From Candidatus Kapaibacterium sp. (lineage in GTDB: Bacteria; Bacteroidota; Ignavibacteria; Palsa-1295), in the NCBI GenBank assembly GCA_046590205.1, contig JBKJTT010000007.1, positions 89,700 to 153,699 on the forward strand: a stretch of DNA of 64,000 bases, read 5' to 3'. The notes under the pieces were generated by a model. It had not been told where the DNA came from, did no database searches, and saw only the letters and a list, made by a program, of their open reading frames with translations. Numbering within the stretch: position 1 is the stretch's first letter; every line of letters begins with the position of its first letter. Positions 36,599-46,132 of the stretch are shown here, one piece after another. The translations under genes and the position numbers were made by a program.

Positions 36599-37258
36599 TC
36601 AGTTCGTTTCGCAGAACGTGCCCATCGCAATCCAGAGGTTGCGTATCTTCGTTGAGAAGATATTATTCTCTTTGAGAGTTACTTGAAGTTCTGTTTGGTT
36701 CTTCCGTTTTGGATTTGTGACTATAAAGCCTCCGCCGTTCTCATCATCAAAGCGTGCAGCAAAGATGATATCCGCTTTCTTTTCAATAGCATCGAACCAG
36801 GGTCTCATATTTTCTTCGGACATTTTCTCTGGTATCGGCTTTGGTGCTTTCTCTCTTGCAAGCAAGCGTACAGTAGGGTAGGTTGTCATGTCGTAGGTTT
36901 CACCTACATCGCAGAGTTTTCCTTTGAGTATTGTCATCGGATACGTCTCGATGATATATCTACCTGCTGCAATTGCCGGATCGGTCAGTAAACTATCCTT
37001 CACCTGTTTTAGAGTTGTTGCATTGTAGATAAATATCCCGCCGCCGCGCTCGAAGGGTCCCGCTGCCTTAATAAAACCGAGATGATAAAGCCGTGTAATA
37101 CTAGCAAGATGCTGCGCTTGCAAGTCCATTGAGACAGCACTATCAAGCTTCTCGGCTTGAGGATTGATGTTGAGAAATACAAAGAAGTATTTATCACCGC
37201 TTGCGAGCGAAGCATCAGAAACAAAAAAGAGGAGGAGTAAGAACAATAATCGCTTCAT
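36599..37258 (-). CDS. Secreted protein with N-terminal YciI-like (Dabb-fold) domain plus C-terminal domain of unknown function
   Basis: Signal peptide MKRLLFLLLLFFVSDASLA. 'HLGFIKAAGPFERGGGIFIYNATTLKQVKDSLLTDPAIAAGRYIIETYPMTI' matches the YciI-family conserved segment. Confidence 0.4.
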   Translation of the reverse strand: MKRLLFLLLLFFVSDASLASGDKYFFVFLNINPQAEKLDSAVSMDLQAQHLASITRLYHLGFIKAAGPFERGGGIFIYNATTLKQVKDSLLTDPAIAAGRYIIETYPMTILKGKLCDVGETYDMTTYPTVRLLAREKAPKPIPEKMSEENMRPWFDAIEKKADIIFAARFDDENGGGFIVTNPKRKNQTELQVTLKENNIFSTKIRNLWIAMGTFCETN

Positions 37259-37680
37259 TATTTATACTTTGCTTTCGTGTACTTCATCGATAAGGTGATA
37301 AGCTTGTTCAAGACCGTGATATCAACATCTTTAAGCTTATTGATATAAAGACATGCTTTACTGGTTTTATACTTACCGAGTTTCGCCATCAGTTCATCAT
37401 AGCCCTCAAAACCCATGAGGATATAGAGCGTCAACGCAGCTTTCCGAGGCGAAAATCCGATTAAAGGCATATCGCCTTCATGTCCGCTATCGTACTTATA
37501 ATGATATGTCCCGAACCCGATGATAGAAGGACCCCACATCTTCGGTTCTTCCTTCGTTGCTTTTTGCATCATACTAAGAATAGCATAGGCATCATCCCTT
37601 TTTTGCTCGCTCTCAATAGCATCAAGAAATTTCTCGACACTTTTATCAGTAATCTTTGTCTTGAGTTCGTACTTGGGCAT
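37258..37680 (-). CDS. DUF1801 (YdhG-like) domain protein
   Basis: 'PKMWGPSIIGFGTYHYKYDSGHEGDMPLIGFSPRKAALTLYI' matches the DUF1801 core. 140 aa. Confidence 0.55.
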   Translation of the reverse strand: MPKYELKTKITDKSVEKFLDAIESEQKRDDAYAILSMMQKATKEEPKMWGPSIIGFGTYHYKYDSGHEGDMPLIGFSPRKAALTLYILMGFEGYDELMAKLGKYKTSKACLYINKLKDVDITVLNKLITLSMKYTKAKYK

Positions 37681-37686
37681 GGCCTT

Positions 37687-39822
37687 CTACCTCACCACCT
37701 CCAACAATATCTCAGCAATATCTTTTACGTTGACATCATCGGTGCGTTCTTTTGTTTTTACGCCGTCTGTCATCATGGTCATGCAGAATGGACAGGCGGA
37801 TGCGATCGTGCCTGCTTGGGTTGCAAGTGCTTCTTCGGTGCGTTCGATGTTGACTCGCTTGCCTTGCGTTTCTTCCATCCACATCTGTCCGCCGCCGGCT
37901 CCGCAGCATAAGCCGCGTGACTTATTGCGGTCCATCTCGACTATCTCCAAGCCAGGGATGTTTTCGAGCACAGCACGAGGAGCATCATAGACATCATTCG
38001 AGCGACCGAGATAGCATGAGTCGTGATAGGTAACTCTCTCTTGGAGGTCTTTGGTAATCTTGAGGTCACCTTTCGCAAGCAGCTCGGCAACATATTCAGT
38101 ATGATGCAGGACTTCATACGCACCGCCGAAATCACCCCACTCGTTCTTTATCGCATTGAAGCAATGCGGACATGTCGTAACAACTTTCTTCACGTTGTAA
38201 CGATTGAGCGTCTCGACATTCTCTTTGATGAGCATCTGTGCGAGGTACTCATTGCCCATGCGACGCGCCGGATCGCCGGTGCATTTCTCTTCGGTGCCGA
38301 GTATCTTGAAGTTGATCTTTGCAATTTGCATAAGCTCTGCAAATGCGCGAGTGATCTTCTTCGCTCTGTCATCGAATGAACCTGCACAACCAACCCAGAA
38401 GAGGATAATGTCTTCTTTCTTTTGTGGTTCAGTTTTTGATGTGTACTCTGCCATCGTCTCGATGTTCATGCCTGCTGCCCAATCAGCTCGTTCGCTTGGG
38501 CTGAAAGCCCATGGAGAAAAATTATTCTCCATCGAAGTAAATGCCGGCTGCAACTCGGGAGGGAAGTTCGCTTCCATCATCACGAGGTTGCGGCGAAGAT
38601 CAACGATCTCGTCAACATGCTCGATCATTACCGGGCACTCCTGAATACATGCCTGACACGTCGTGCATTGCCATAGCATCTCGTTAGGAATATAATCACC
38701 AATAAAGTTTTTGCCTGTTGCTTCATCACGGCTCATGCGTGGTTTTGCGCCGAGCAGTGTATTGGTGGTAGCAGAAGAACCATCGCTTGTTGGTGTAACC
38801 GTCGTTGCATTTTCTTTGATGCCAGCCCACTGGATCTGATCATCCCAACTCTCGAATCCATACGCACCTTCGGACATAAGATACGGAGCTTTATCAAGCA
38901 TACGCTCACGGGTAGCGATGATGATCCATTTCGGGTCGAGAGATTTGCCGGTCAAGTTCGCCGGACATACGGATGTACATCTTCCGCAATGAGTACATGT
39001 ATCGCCATCAAGCAACTGCTTCCATGAAAGGTCTTCGATGTCCTTCGCACCGTATTGCGTGAGTGACTCATCCTCGAAGTTAATTGGCTTGAGATAATTC
39101 TTTTTACGAAGATCAGAGAGGAATACATTCGGGATGCTCGTCATCACATGCAGATGTTTCGAGTACGGCAGATAATTCATGAAGCCAAGTACGCCGATAA
39201 TATGTATCCACCACATTGCCTCATAGAATGTATGCGACGGCGGACAATCACAGAACCAGCCGCTAAAGAGCGCAGCAAGCGGACGAACTTCATACGGATA
39301 AATACCACCCATACCGATGCGCGATGCATTTGTAAAAAGAAGCGACGTAACGATAAGAGCAATAGTATAGAGTACAAGCTGTGCATCAAGCTTTTCATGC
39401 GCATCGCCTTGCAGGCGTTTTACCTTCGAGACCATCCTGCGCCACAATGCGATAATGACAGAGACTATGATAAGCGCAATAAACACATCCTGCGAAGCAG
39501 TGATGACCGAATAGGCACCGCCCAAAAACGACAGCGAAAAATGACCAAAGATACCTTCGCCGATAGACTCGATGACTGCAAAGACAAGGACGAGAAAACC
39601 CCAGAAAATGAGCGCATGGATTGGTCCGGCGACAGGGTCACGCATGATCTTTGATTGCCCGATGGCAATAACGAAGGTGCGGCGCATACGTTCGATAGGG
39701 TTATCGAAGCGGTTCGTCCATTTCCCGACACGTAGGAAATCCAGCAATCGGCGTGTATTATAAAGCACTCCGCCAAACGCGACGGCGAGCACTACAAGAA
39801 AGATTATCGTCTTAAGGGTCAT
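37687..39822 (-). CDS. Fused membrane-bound heterodisulfide-reductase-like Fe-S oxidoreductase (HdrE/NarI-type cytochrome b N-domain + HdrD/DsrK-type 2x[4Fe-4S] + two CCG domains)
   Basis: N-terminal ~330 aa have at least 5 TM helices with conserved His. Two ferredoxin motifs [12 protein letters not shown] and [12 protein letters not shown]. Two CCG-type Cys-rich domains ([11 protein letters not shown]...[10 protein letters not shown] ; [13 protein letters not shown]...ACPFCMTMM). Confidence 0.6.
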   Translation of the reverse strand: MTLKTIIFLVVLAVAFGGVLYNTRRLLDFLRVGKWTNRFDNPIERMRRTFVIAIGQSKIMRDPVAGPIHALIFWGFLVLVFAVIESIGEGIFGHFSLSFLGGAYSVITASQDVFIALIIVSVIIALWRRMVSKVKRLQGDAHEKLDAQLVLYTIALIVTSLLFTNASRIGMGGIYPYEVRPLAALFSGWFCDCPPSHTFYEAMWWIHIIGVLGFMNYLPYSKHLHVMTSIPNVFLSDLRKKNYLKPINFEDESLTQYGAKDIEDLSWKQLLDGDTCTHCGRCTSVCPANLTGKSLDPKWIIIATRERMLDKAPYLMSEGAYGFESWDDQIQWAGIKENATTVTPTSDGSSATTNTLLGAKPRMSRDEATGKNFIGDYIPNEMLWQCTTCQACIQECPVMIEHVDEIVDLRRNLVMMEANFPPELQPAFTSMENNFSPWAFSPSERADWAAGMNIETMAEYTSKTEPQKKEDIILFWVGCAGSFDDRAKKITRAFAELMQIAKINFKILGTEEKCTGDPARRMGNEYLAQMLIKENVETLNRYNVKKVVTTCPHCFNAIKNEWGDFGGAYEVLHHTEYVAELLAKGDLKITKDLQERVTYHDSCYLGRSNDVYDAPRAVLENIPGLEIVEMDRNKSRGLCCGAGGGQMWMEETQGKRVNIERTEEALATQAGTIASACPFCMTMMTDGVKTKERTDDVNVKDIAEILLEVVR

Positions 39823-39942
39823 AAGATCTCAAAGTTTATAGGGCAAAAATACGTTATAAAAGAATGCGGGTTCGGATATTTGTAGAACAGTAGTAGTATA
39901 AAGAAATTTGGAATCATACGTTACCAGCAAAGGAACTACAGC

Positions 39943-39985
39943 TGACATGTAATCATTGTATAATTACGTTGCATATTACATGTCA
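39943..39985. promoter_or_regulatory. 11-bp perfect inverted repeat (TGACATGTAAT-N21-ATTACATGTCA) 5 bp upstream of the 39991 start codon
   Basis: Arms at 39943-39953 and 39975-39985 are exact reverse complements. Located in the leader of the low-GC gene. Confidence 0.4.
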
Positions 39986-39990
39986 AAACG

Positions 39991-40560
39991 ATGAAGGAAA
40001 AAATACTTTCCATATTGGGGTTCGTTTTTGTAGGATATATGTGGATTGCAATGTTGATTTTTGCTCCTTTATACAACTATCAGTATGCCAATAAACATGG
40101 TTTTTGGGAGTGGATTTTTTTAGGCGAAATAGTCCCAACTGCTAAGGCTTTAATTTGGCCTGTATATTTGTTTAATAGTTCAGGGAAAACTGATTTATCG
40201 GAAAGTGAAAAGAATAACTTTAGGCATGTTAAGAATTGCCTTCTAACCAATGAAGAGGCGAATGATATTTTAAGCAAAGGGAATATTCGATATATATCTG
40301 TTGAAGCTAGAGATAAGGTACTTAATCTTAAAAAGAGTGCTTTACAAGAAGCAGTGATAGTCAATGATGATATTTTGGAAAAAATTCATCCTGACATGAA
40401 AAACCATTTTCGGAATGAGTTACAACAGTCTATTGAAATTGATATAAAAATATTGGAATCCTCTGTTCCTAACGAACAAGATGCAAACAGGACTAATGAA
40501 CTACATACAAAATGGGCTGACTGGTATAACGACAACAGGGAAGATTTTCAAACGCCATAG
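39991..40560 (+). CDS. Hypothetical membrane protein (two N-terminal TM helices + soluble domain), low-GC
   Basis: 189 aa. Markedly lower GC than the flanking DNA. No motif I can recognise. Confidence 0.45.
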   Translation: MKEKILSILGFVFVGYMWIAMLIFAPLYNYQYANKHGFWEWIFLGEIVPTAKALIWPVYLFNSSGKTDLSESEKNNFRHVKNCLLTNEEANDILSKGNIRYISVEARDKVLNLKKSALQEAVIVNDDILEKIHPDMKNHFRNELQQSIEIDIKILESSVPNEQDANRTNELHTKWADWYNDNREDFQTP

Positions 40561-40580
40561 CAAGATAATTAGCAGAATAT

Positions 40581-40748
40581 TTAAACATACCCTCCAAACG
40601 TCTCAATATGGAATTTGATGGCGGAGTTCACATCCTGTAATGCTTCTTCATATGTATCGCCTTCACCAATAATTACGCCATTGAGTCCAAGAGGGTATGC
40701 GATAAACCCTTCGGGATGCTGCTCTACTATGATCTTATACTTTTCCAT
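40581..40748 (-). CDS. HicB-like / UPF0150 family small protein (orphan putative antitoxin), not in ORF track (<60 aa)
   Basis: Reverse-complement translation MEKYKIIVEQHPEGFIAYPLGLNGVIIGEGDTYEEALQDVNSAIKFHIETFGGYV (55 aa) matches the UPF0150/HicB N-terminal RNase-H-like fold pattern (...G.Y.A..P.L.G....G.T.EEA......A......E). Confidence 0.45.
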   Translation of the reverse strand: MEKYKIIVEQHPEGFIAYPLGLNGVIIGEGDTYEEALQDVNSAIKFHIETFGGYV

Positions 40749-40784
40749 ATACATTGTAAATCAATATTGATACAACACGTTCCC

Positions 40785-41597
40785 CTAAGAGATAACGAGT
40801 AGAACTATAACCCCAAAAACAATCCTATACACCCCAAACCCGACAAAGCTATGGCTGCGGACGAACTTGATGAGCCATTTGACGACGACAAGGGCGGAGA
40901 GGAATGCCATGAGAAAACCAATGCTAAGAGTAGAGAGCATTTCGGAAGTTATTAGATCACGGTACTTGATGAGCTCGTAGCCCGAAGCGGCTATCATTAT
41001 AGGGAATGATAGCAAGAAGCTGAACTCTGTCGCGGCTTCGCGGCTCATACCGCCGGCATATCCGCCCATGATGGTCGCGCCCGAACGCGAGACTCCGGGG
41101 ATAAGAGATAGCACTTGTGAAAGACCTACTATCACCGCATCGCGCATTGTCATGTGACCAATGCTCCTTGAATGTGTCCGCGAGGCAACTTGCTTTTCAA
41201 TGAGTATCATAATTATACCACCAATAATGAGACTGATCGCCACGCTTGTCGGCGAGAAGAGAAATGCCTTGATGTATTTATGAAAGAGAAAGCCAATAAT
41301 TGCTGCAGGCATGAATGCAACGGCAAGGTGTGTCCGTAACAAGCCGGGTCCGGAGGCAATGTGCTTCGATGTTATAGCATGTCTAAGGCGAGTCCGAAAA
41401 AGAAAGCCCACTGCAAGAATAGCCCCAAGCTGAATAACTACTTCGAACAGCTCCGCCTGTTCTACCCCAACGATACCGTGAAAATTCAGGTAATGGTCGG
41501 TAAGGATAAGATGTCCTGTCGAGGAAACGGGGATGAACTCCGTAAGCCCCTCGACAAACCCAAGAATAGTAGAAATAGCCCAAAGTGGTAAATACAT
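40785..41597 (-). CDS. uppP: Undecaprenyl-diphosphatase
   Basis: 'GFVEGLTEFIPVSSTGHLIL' and 'PGVSRSGATI' motifs of BacA/UppP. 270 aa, polytopic. Confidence 0.9.
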   Translation of the reverse strand: MYLPLWAISTILGFVEGLTEFIPVSSTGHLILTDHYLNFHGIVGVEQAELFEVVIQLGAILAVGFLFRTRLRHAITSKHIASGPGLLRTHLAVAFMPAAIIGFLFHKYIKAFLFSPTSVAISLIIGGIIMILIEKQVASRTHSRSIGHMTMRDAVIVGLSQVLSLIPGVSRSGATIMGGYAGGMSREAATEFSFLLSFPIMIAASGYELIKYRDLITSEMLSTLSIGFLMAFLSALVVVKWLIKFVRSHSFVGFGVYRIVFGVIVLLVIS

Positions 41598-41746
41598 CGA
41601 TTGCTATAATATAATACTGCAAATTTACGGGTTCTACGTACCCTCATTTATGAATAAGAAAAAGAATCTCGGTTTGCACCCTCACCCTATTTCTAAACCT
41701 TCTGGCTTACTCCTACGTTTGTAACGGGCAAATTTTATAGGAATAG

Positions 41747-43588
41747 ATGAATTCTTCACGTACGACGACAATTGGTATTTTCCTTATCCTTCTGGTCTTT
41801 TTCGGATGGATGATGTTCAATCAGCCCGAACCACAGCCGCCAAAACCGGCTGCGAAGCAAACAGCTGCTACAGATAGCACAAAACCGGCAGCGACTCCCT
41901 CTGCTACTACAATAGCTCCCGCTCCTGCAGCATCTGCTGTCATCAAAGCTGACTCTGCAATTGCCGAGGCATCGAAGAAGATAGAGACACCGCTTGTGAC
42001 AGGTACGATTTCAAGCAAAGGTGGTACGATTAGTTCATGGGTGATGAAGAATTACCTTACATGGGATAAGAAACCGCTCGACCTCGTTGACCAATCAGCA
42101 AATGGCAAACATGGTGACGCACAGCTTCGCTTTGTTGCCGCCGATGGCAAGACAGTCTCTACTGCAAACTTAAACTTCGCATTTGACAGTGATGCTCCTA
42201 TATCACTCAAGTCAGGCGACACAACGAAGGTTACACTTAAAGCAGTTATCGATTCATCTGCGTACATCACCAAGACATTTACTTTTACAGGTGATGATTA
42301 TATCGTTGGTATCGAGTATCATTTGTTTGGTATGCAATCAAAGCTGACTGGCTACCGCTACTCGCTTGAGACCATTAACAATCTTCCGTACGCTGAAGAA
42401 CATGCCGATATTGAATCGCAATCAGCTCGTGCATATATTCATACTGCCGGCGGCACAGAAGAGATAGATGCGACCGACCCGAACGAACCGCTTCGTAAGT
42501 CAATCAATGGCTCTGCACTCTATCTCGCAAACCGCACAAAGTATTTTGTGCAGTCGCTTATGCCTGTTAGTCCGCAGCTTGAAAGCTCGGAAGTCAACGG
42601 CACTGCAAGATTGTTACCCGATGGCAAGCACATTGAAATCTACACCCTAACAGCAACAATACCTATTGGCAATGCGAACAATGATACCATTCGCGCCAAC
42701 TATTACTTAGGTCCGCTTGAGTATAATCGTGTCTCGACATTGAAGCCATCGCTTGACGGCATTATGGATTTCGGCTGGAGCTTCCTTGTCCGACCGATAA
42801 GCATCTATCTTCTTTATCCTATCTTCATGTTCCTTCATGGCTTCATTGCCAACTGGGGACTTGTCATTATTTTCTTCTCTATCATTGCAAAACTTTTGAC
42901 CTATCCGCTCTCGATAGGACAGATGAAGTCAATGCGCAAGATGCAGACGGTGATGCCGGAAGTTGCTAAGATAAAGGAGCAGTACAAAGACGATCCGAAG
43001 AAGCTTCAGGAAGAGACGTTCAAGATATATCGTATGTATGGCGTGAATCCCGCAGGCGGATGTTTGCCGCTCCTCTTGCAAATGCCGATACTCTTCGCAC
43101 TCTATTCTGTGCTTGTGAATGTTATCGAGCTTCGTCAAGCACCGTTCATGCTTTGGATAACGGATCTATCTGTACCTGATAAGTTGATCGATTTCGGCGC
43201 AACATCAATACCACTACTCGGTAGTCATATTTCCGGTTTGACGATACTGATGGTCATCACGATGGTGATCCAGTCGCTAACAACAGTTACTGATGAGCGC
43301 CAGAAGAAGATGGCATACATCATGCCTGTACTCTTTATGTTCCTCTTTAACGGATTGCCGGCAGGTGTTGGTCTATACTACTTCATGTTCAACGTATTCG
43401 GTATCGCGCAGCAGCTTTATAATAAGAAGTTCTTACCGCCGCTTGATCTTGAGCAGATGAAGAATGACTCCAAGAACAAAAAGGGATTCATGTCAAAGAT
43501 GCAGGATATGGAAAAGAACGCCCGCGAAGCCCGCCAAAAACAAAGCAGCGGACAGCTACCACCTCCGAAGAAGGGGAAGAAGAAGTAA
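41747..43588 (+). CDS. yidC: Membrane protein insertase YidC
   Basis: N-terminal TM, large periplasmic domain, and the C-terminal 5-TM Oxa1 core (…NWGLVIIFFSIIAKLLTYPLS…MYGVNPAGGCLPLLLQMPILFALY…). Lys-rich C-tail. Confidence 0.9.
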   Translation: MNSSRTTTIGIFLILLVFFGWMMFNQPEPQPPKPAAKQTAATDSTKPAATPSATTIAPAPAASAVIKADSAIAEASKKIETPLVTGTISSKGGTISSWVMKNYLTWDKKPLDLVDQSANGKHGDAQLRFVAADGKTVSTANLNFAFDSDAPISLKSGDTTKVTLKAVIDSSAYITKTFTFTGDDYIVGIEYHLFGMQSKLTGYRYSLETINNLPYAEEHADIESQSARAYIHTAGGTEEIDATDPNEPLRKSINGSALYLANRTKYFVQSLMPVSPQLESSEVNGTARLLPDGKHIEIYTLTATIPIGNANNDTIRANYYLGPLEYNRVSTLKPSLDGIMDFGWSFLVRPISIYLLYPIFMFLHGFIANWGLVIIFFSIIAKLLTYPLSIGQMKSMRKMQTVMPEVAKIKEQYKDDPKKLQEETFKIYRMYGVNPAGGCLPLLLQMPILFALYSVLVNVIELRQAPFMLWITDLSVPDKLIDFGATSIPLLGSHISGLTILMVITMVIQSLTTVTDERQKKMAYIMPVLFMFLFNGLPAGVGLYYFMFNVFGIAQQLYNKKFLPPLDLEQMKNDSKNKKGFMSKMQDMEKNAREARQKQSSGQLPPPKKGKKK

Positions 43589-43610
43589 CAGGTAAACATT
43601 TGCATCAGTA

Positions 43611-43641
43611 GGGCGGACTTTTAGTCCGCCCTTTTTCATTT
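43611..43641 (+). terminator. Rho-independent terminator after yidC
   Basis: gggcggactttt agtccgccc hairpin followed by TTTTTCATTT. Confidence 0.85.
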
Positions 43642-43655
43642 AAGTCAAAGGATTA

Positions 43656-44204
43656 CTAAAAGACGAAAAGGAAATCGACATTAGGGTAGAAACCATCGTC
43701 ACCATCTCTATCCCCTTGAACAACCATCCAATGATAACCAACTCCTAAGCCAATCTGAAAATGGTTTCCAGATGCCCTACCGATTTGAATGCCTGTGCCT
43801 GTGTAAAAATACATCATTGTCCCTGTAGTCCGTATAGCTTGCGCCCAAGTACTCCCTAATGACAGAATAAGAGATGTCTGATCAAACAAATGTGTAGAGC
43901 TATTGACATAATTTATTGATGTGAAGAGCGCCTCAAGACCGGTAGGTGGGTATTCTCCACCCAAGAGATTAGCATAGTACAGCCCTACCCCAAACTCTAT
44001 AACATTTGAACTGTTAAACGGGACCTCAACCCCGAATCTTAACCCTTGACTTATGCCAATTCCAACTCCAAAACTGATGTGGTCTTGCATTGAGTCGGCA
44101 GCTTTTGGAGCAAATAGTGTATCAGCATTTTGTTGAGAGTATGCCGGTAATGCACAGAATGAAATGAAAGAGATAAAAAAAACAAATAACAAGTATGGTT
44201 TCAT
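43656..44204 (-). CDS. Small outer-membrane beta-barrel protein (OmpW/porin-like), hypothetical
   Basis: Signal peptide. Alternating amphipathic beta-strand pattern rich in G/Y. C-terminal aromatic 'FLFVF'. Confidence 0.45.
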   Translation of the reverse strand: MKPYLLFVFFISFISFCALPAYSQQNADTLFAPKAADSMQDHISFGVGIGISQGLRFGVEVPFNSSNVIEFGVGLYYANLLGGEYPPTGLEALFTSINYVNSSTHLFDQTSLILSLGSTWAQAIRTTGTMMYFYTGTGIQIGRASGNHFQIGLGVGYHWMVVQGDRDGDDGFYPNVDFLFVF

Positions 44205-44216
44205 GATGTAAACTAC

Positions 44217-44666
44217 TTAACGAATACGTGAGTAAGCAGAGGATTCCCATAAGTCTGTCCAATTCAACCTAATGAATAACGAATCTCCGGAAATTTTATA
44301 GTGTTTATCTATTGTGACTATAAAATCTACGTCTAATGTATCAAATAGCAGAACAACTGCTTCTGTAGTGCTCGAAGTCGGCATCACCTCGTATTGTCCA
44401 CTAAAAAGCAACGTATCATTGACATACTCATATATTATCCCATTTTCGTCAAATTCTAAGCGTTCAGTTCTGTAGTCAGATGACGGTGAATGATGACCGT
44501 TATGTGTATCTGTATATGCCCACTGCCACTTACCATAAAGATTTTCTTCAAACGAAGCGGTTGAAGTTGGGTCTTCAGAACAGCCAATAACGAACAATAA
44601 CCCAAATAGCAGAGCAAGTGATTTAAACAGATTCGATATTTTATGTGTACTTTGTCGTGACACCAA
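44217..44666 (-). CDS. Hypothetical lipoprotein
   Basis: Signal/lipobox 'LALLFGLLFVIGCSE'. No recognisable domain. Confidence 0.4.
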   Translation of the reverse strand: MVSRQSTHKISNLFKSLALLFGLLFVIGCSEDPTSTASFEENLYGKWQWAYTDTHNGHHSPSSDYRTERLEFDENGIIYEYVNDTLLFSGQYEVMPTSSTTEAVVLLFDTLDVDFIVTIDKHYKISGDSLFIRLNWTDLWESSAYSRIR

Positions 44667-44782
44667 ATAGAATAACCCAAGAGATGATAAATAGTTGCTA
44701 TGTTCTATACCCGATACCCCATATCATTCCAGAAACTTTGTGTGTCCTTCGTCTCTTTGTGATTGTTCTATGTAAAGAGAAC

Positions 44783-46078
44783 ATGTCACTCGCATCACTT
44801 CACGATACTATCTGTGCTCTCTCGACGCCGCCGGGTAGGAGCGCTATTGCATCTATCCGCTTGACGGGTGAGGATGCGATACGTATCGCTGCGAAAGTGA
44901 TTGATACTCCCGAAAAACTTTTTTCCGCTCTTGGCGGAAGTTCTGTTTATACAAATCTGCTTGATAACTCCTCGATTGCAATAGATGATTGCCTCGTAGC
45001 AGTCTATCGCGCGCCGAATAGTTTTACGGGTGAGGATGTCGTCGAGATATTCCCGCATGGTTCGACCGTCATAACTGATATAATCCTTGAGCGGCTCGTA
45101 TCGTTTGGGGCGCGGCTTGCCGAGCCGGGCGAGTTCTCCCGGCGCGCTCTTATGCATGGGAAAATGGGGCTGGAACAGCTCGAAGAGGTCAATTTGCGGG
45201 TAGATGCCGCAAGTCCGCACCAGTTAGAGCGGGCAAAGCAAATGGTGCAGCAAAAATACACACGTCTTCGGACTGTCTATGATAAGATAATCGAGCTTTT
45301 ATCGCTTGTCAATGCACAAATTGATTTCGGCGAGTCTGATCAGATTGAAATTGATGGTTTCGACCAAAGAGTTGATGAAGCAAAACGCGAGCTTAATGAT
45401 ATACTGGCTGCCGCAAAAAACAAGACACTCAATAAAGGATACATTAGCGTATCATTTGTCGGCGAGCCGAATGTAGGCAAGAGTAGTTTGTTCAATTCAT
45501 TGCTCAAGTATGAGCGAAGTATCGTAAGCGAAACGCCGGGCACAACGCGAGATTACATCGAAGCATTTATCACGCTTGACGGGTTCAGAATAAAGCTCAT
45601 TGATACGGCAGGTATACGTGAATCGCTTGACAGCATTGAATCTCGAGGCATCGCACTTGGCAAAGAAGCTGCAGAAGAAGCAGATGTTCTGCTTCGGATA
45701 TCTGATCCGAGTTCGCGAAACATCACAGCAAATGCGAATGAAATACTCATTCATAATAAATCCGATGTTGATGGATACGAAGGCGCACATGCAGTATCAG
45801 CAAAGACAAAAGAAGGTATTGAAAAACTAATTTCTGTTATTGAAAACGAATTACGTATGATAGATACCGATTCCTCCTCGCTCTCTTTATCGCAAACCGA
45901 GACCTCAAGTGTCGAACGTGTACTTTCACTTCTTGAAAATGTCTTACACTTTTCAGATGTTACACTCCTGGCTGAAGACCTTCGCGAAGCAGCAGAAACG
46001 ATCGCTACGCTCCTTGGTCTGAATATCAGCGAAGACAGCTTAAATCACATATTTATTAAAATGTGCATAGGAAAGTAG
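44783..46078 (+). CDS. mnmE: tRNA modification GTPase MnmE
   Basis: N-terminal 'DTICALSTPPGRSAIASIRL'. G-domain 'GEPNVGKSSLFNSL', 'DTAGIRE', 'NKSD'. C-terminal 'CIGK'. Start set at the internal ATG (MSLASL); the ORF track begins 46 codons earlier. Confidence 0.9.
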   Translation: MSLASLHDTICALSTPPGRSAIASIRLTGEDAIRIAAKVIDTPEKLFSALGGSSVYTNLLDNSSIAIDDCLVAVYRAPNSFTGEDVVEIFPHGSTVITDIILERLVSFGARLAEPGEFSRRALMHGKMGLEQLEEVNLRVDAASPHQLERAKQMVQQKYTRLRTVYDKIIELLSLVNAQIDFGESDQIEIDGFDQRVDEAKRELNDILAAAKNKTLNKGYISVSFVGEPNVGKSSLFNSLLKYERSIVSETPGTTRDYIEAFITLDGFRIKLIDTAGIRESLDSIESRGIALGKEAAEEADVLLRISDPSSRNITANANEILIHNKSDVDGYEGAHAVSAKTKEGIEKLISVIENELRMIDTDSSSLSLSQTETSSVERVLSLLENVLHFSDVTLLAEDLREAAETIATLLGLNISEDSLNHIFIKMCIGK

Positions 46079-46120
46079 ATAAATTTTGTACAATTTATTT
46101 ATTTACACACATTATTATAT

Positions 46121-46132
46121 TTCCACGTGGAA
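46121..46132. promoter_or_regulatory. 12-bp palindrome TTCCACGTGGAA overlapping the GTG start codon of mnmG
   Basis: Perfect palindrome with an E-box-like CACGTG core. The same 12-mer recurs immediately after the mnmG stop. Confidence 0.5.

Noticed and set aside
41533-41724. 63-aa ORF upstream of yidC (possible yidD/rnpA)
   Set aside because: The sequence does not resemble YidD (no conserved 'hemolytic domain' Cys/Pro pattern) or RnpA. Probably spurious within the yidC leader.
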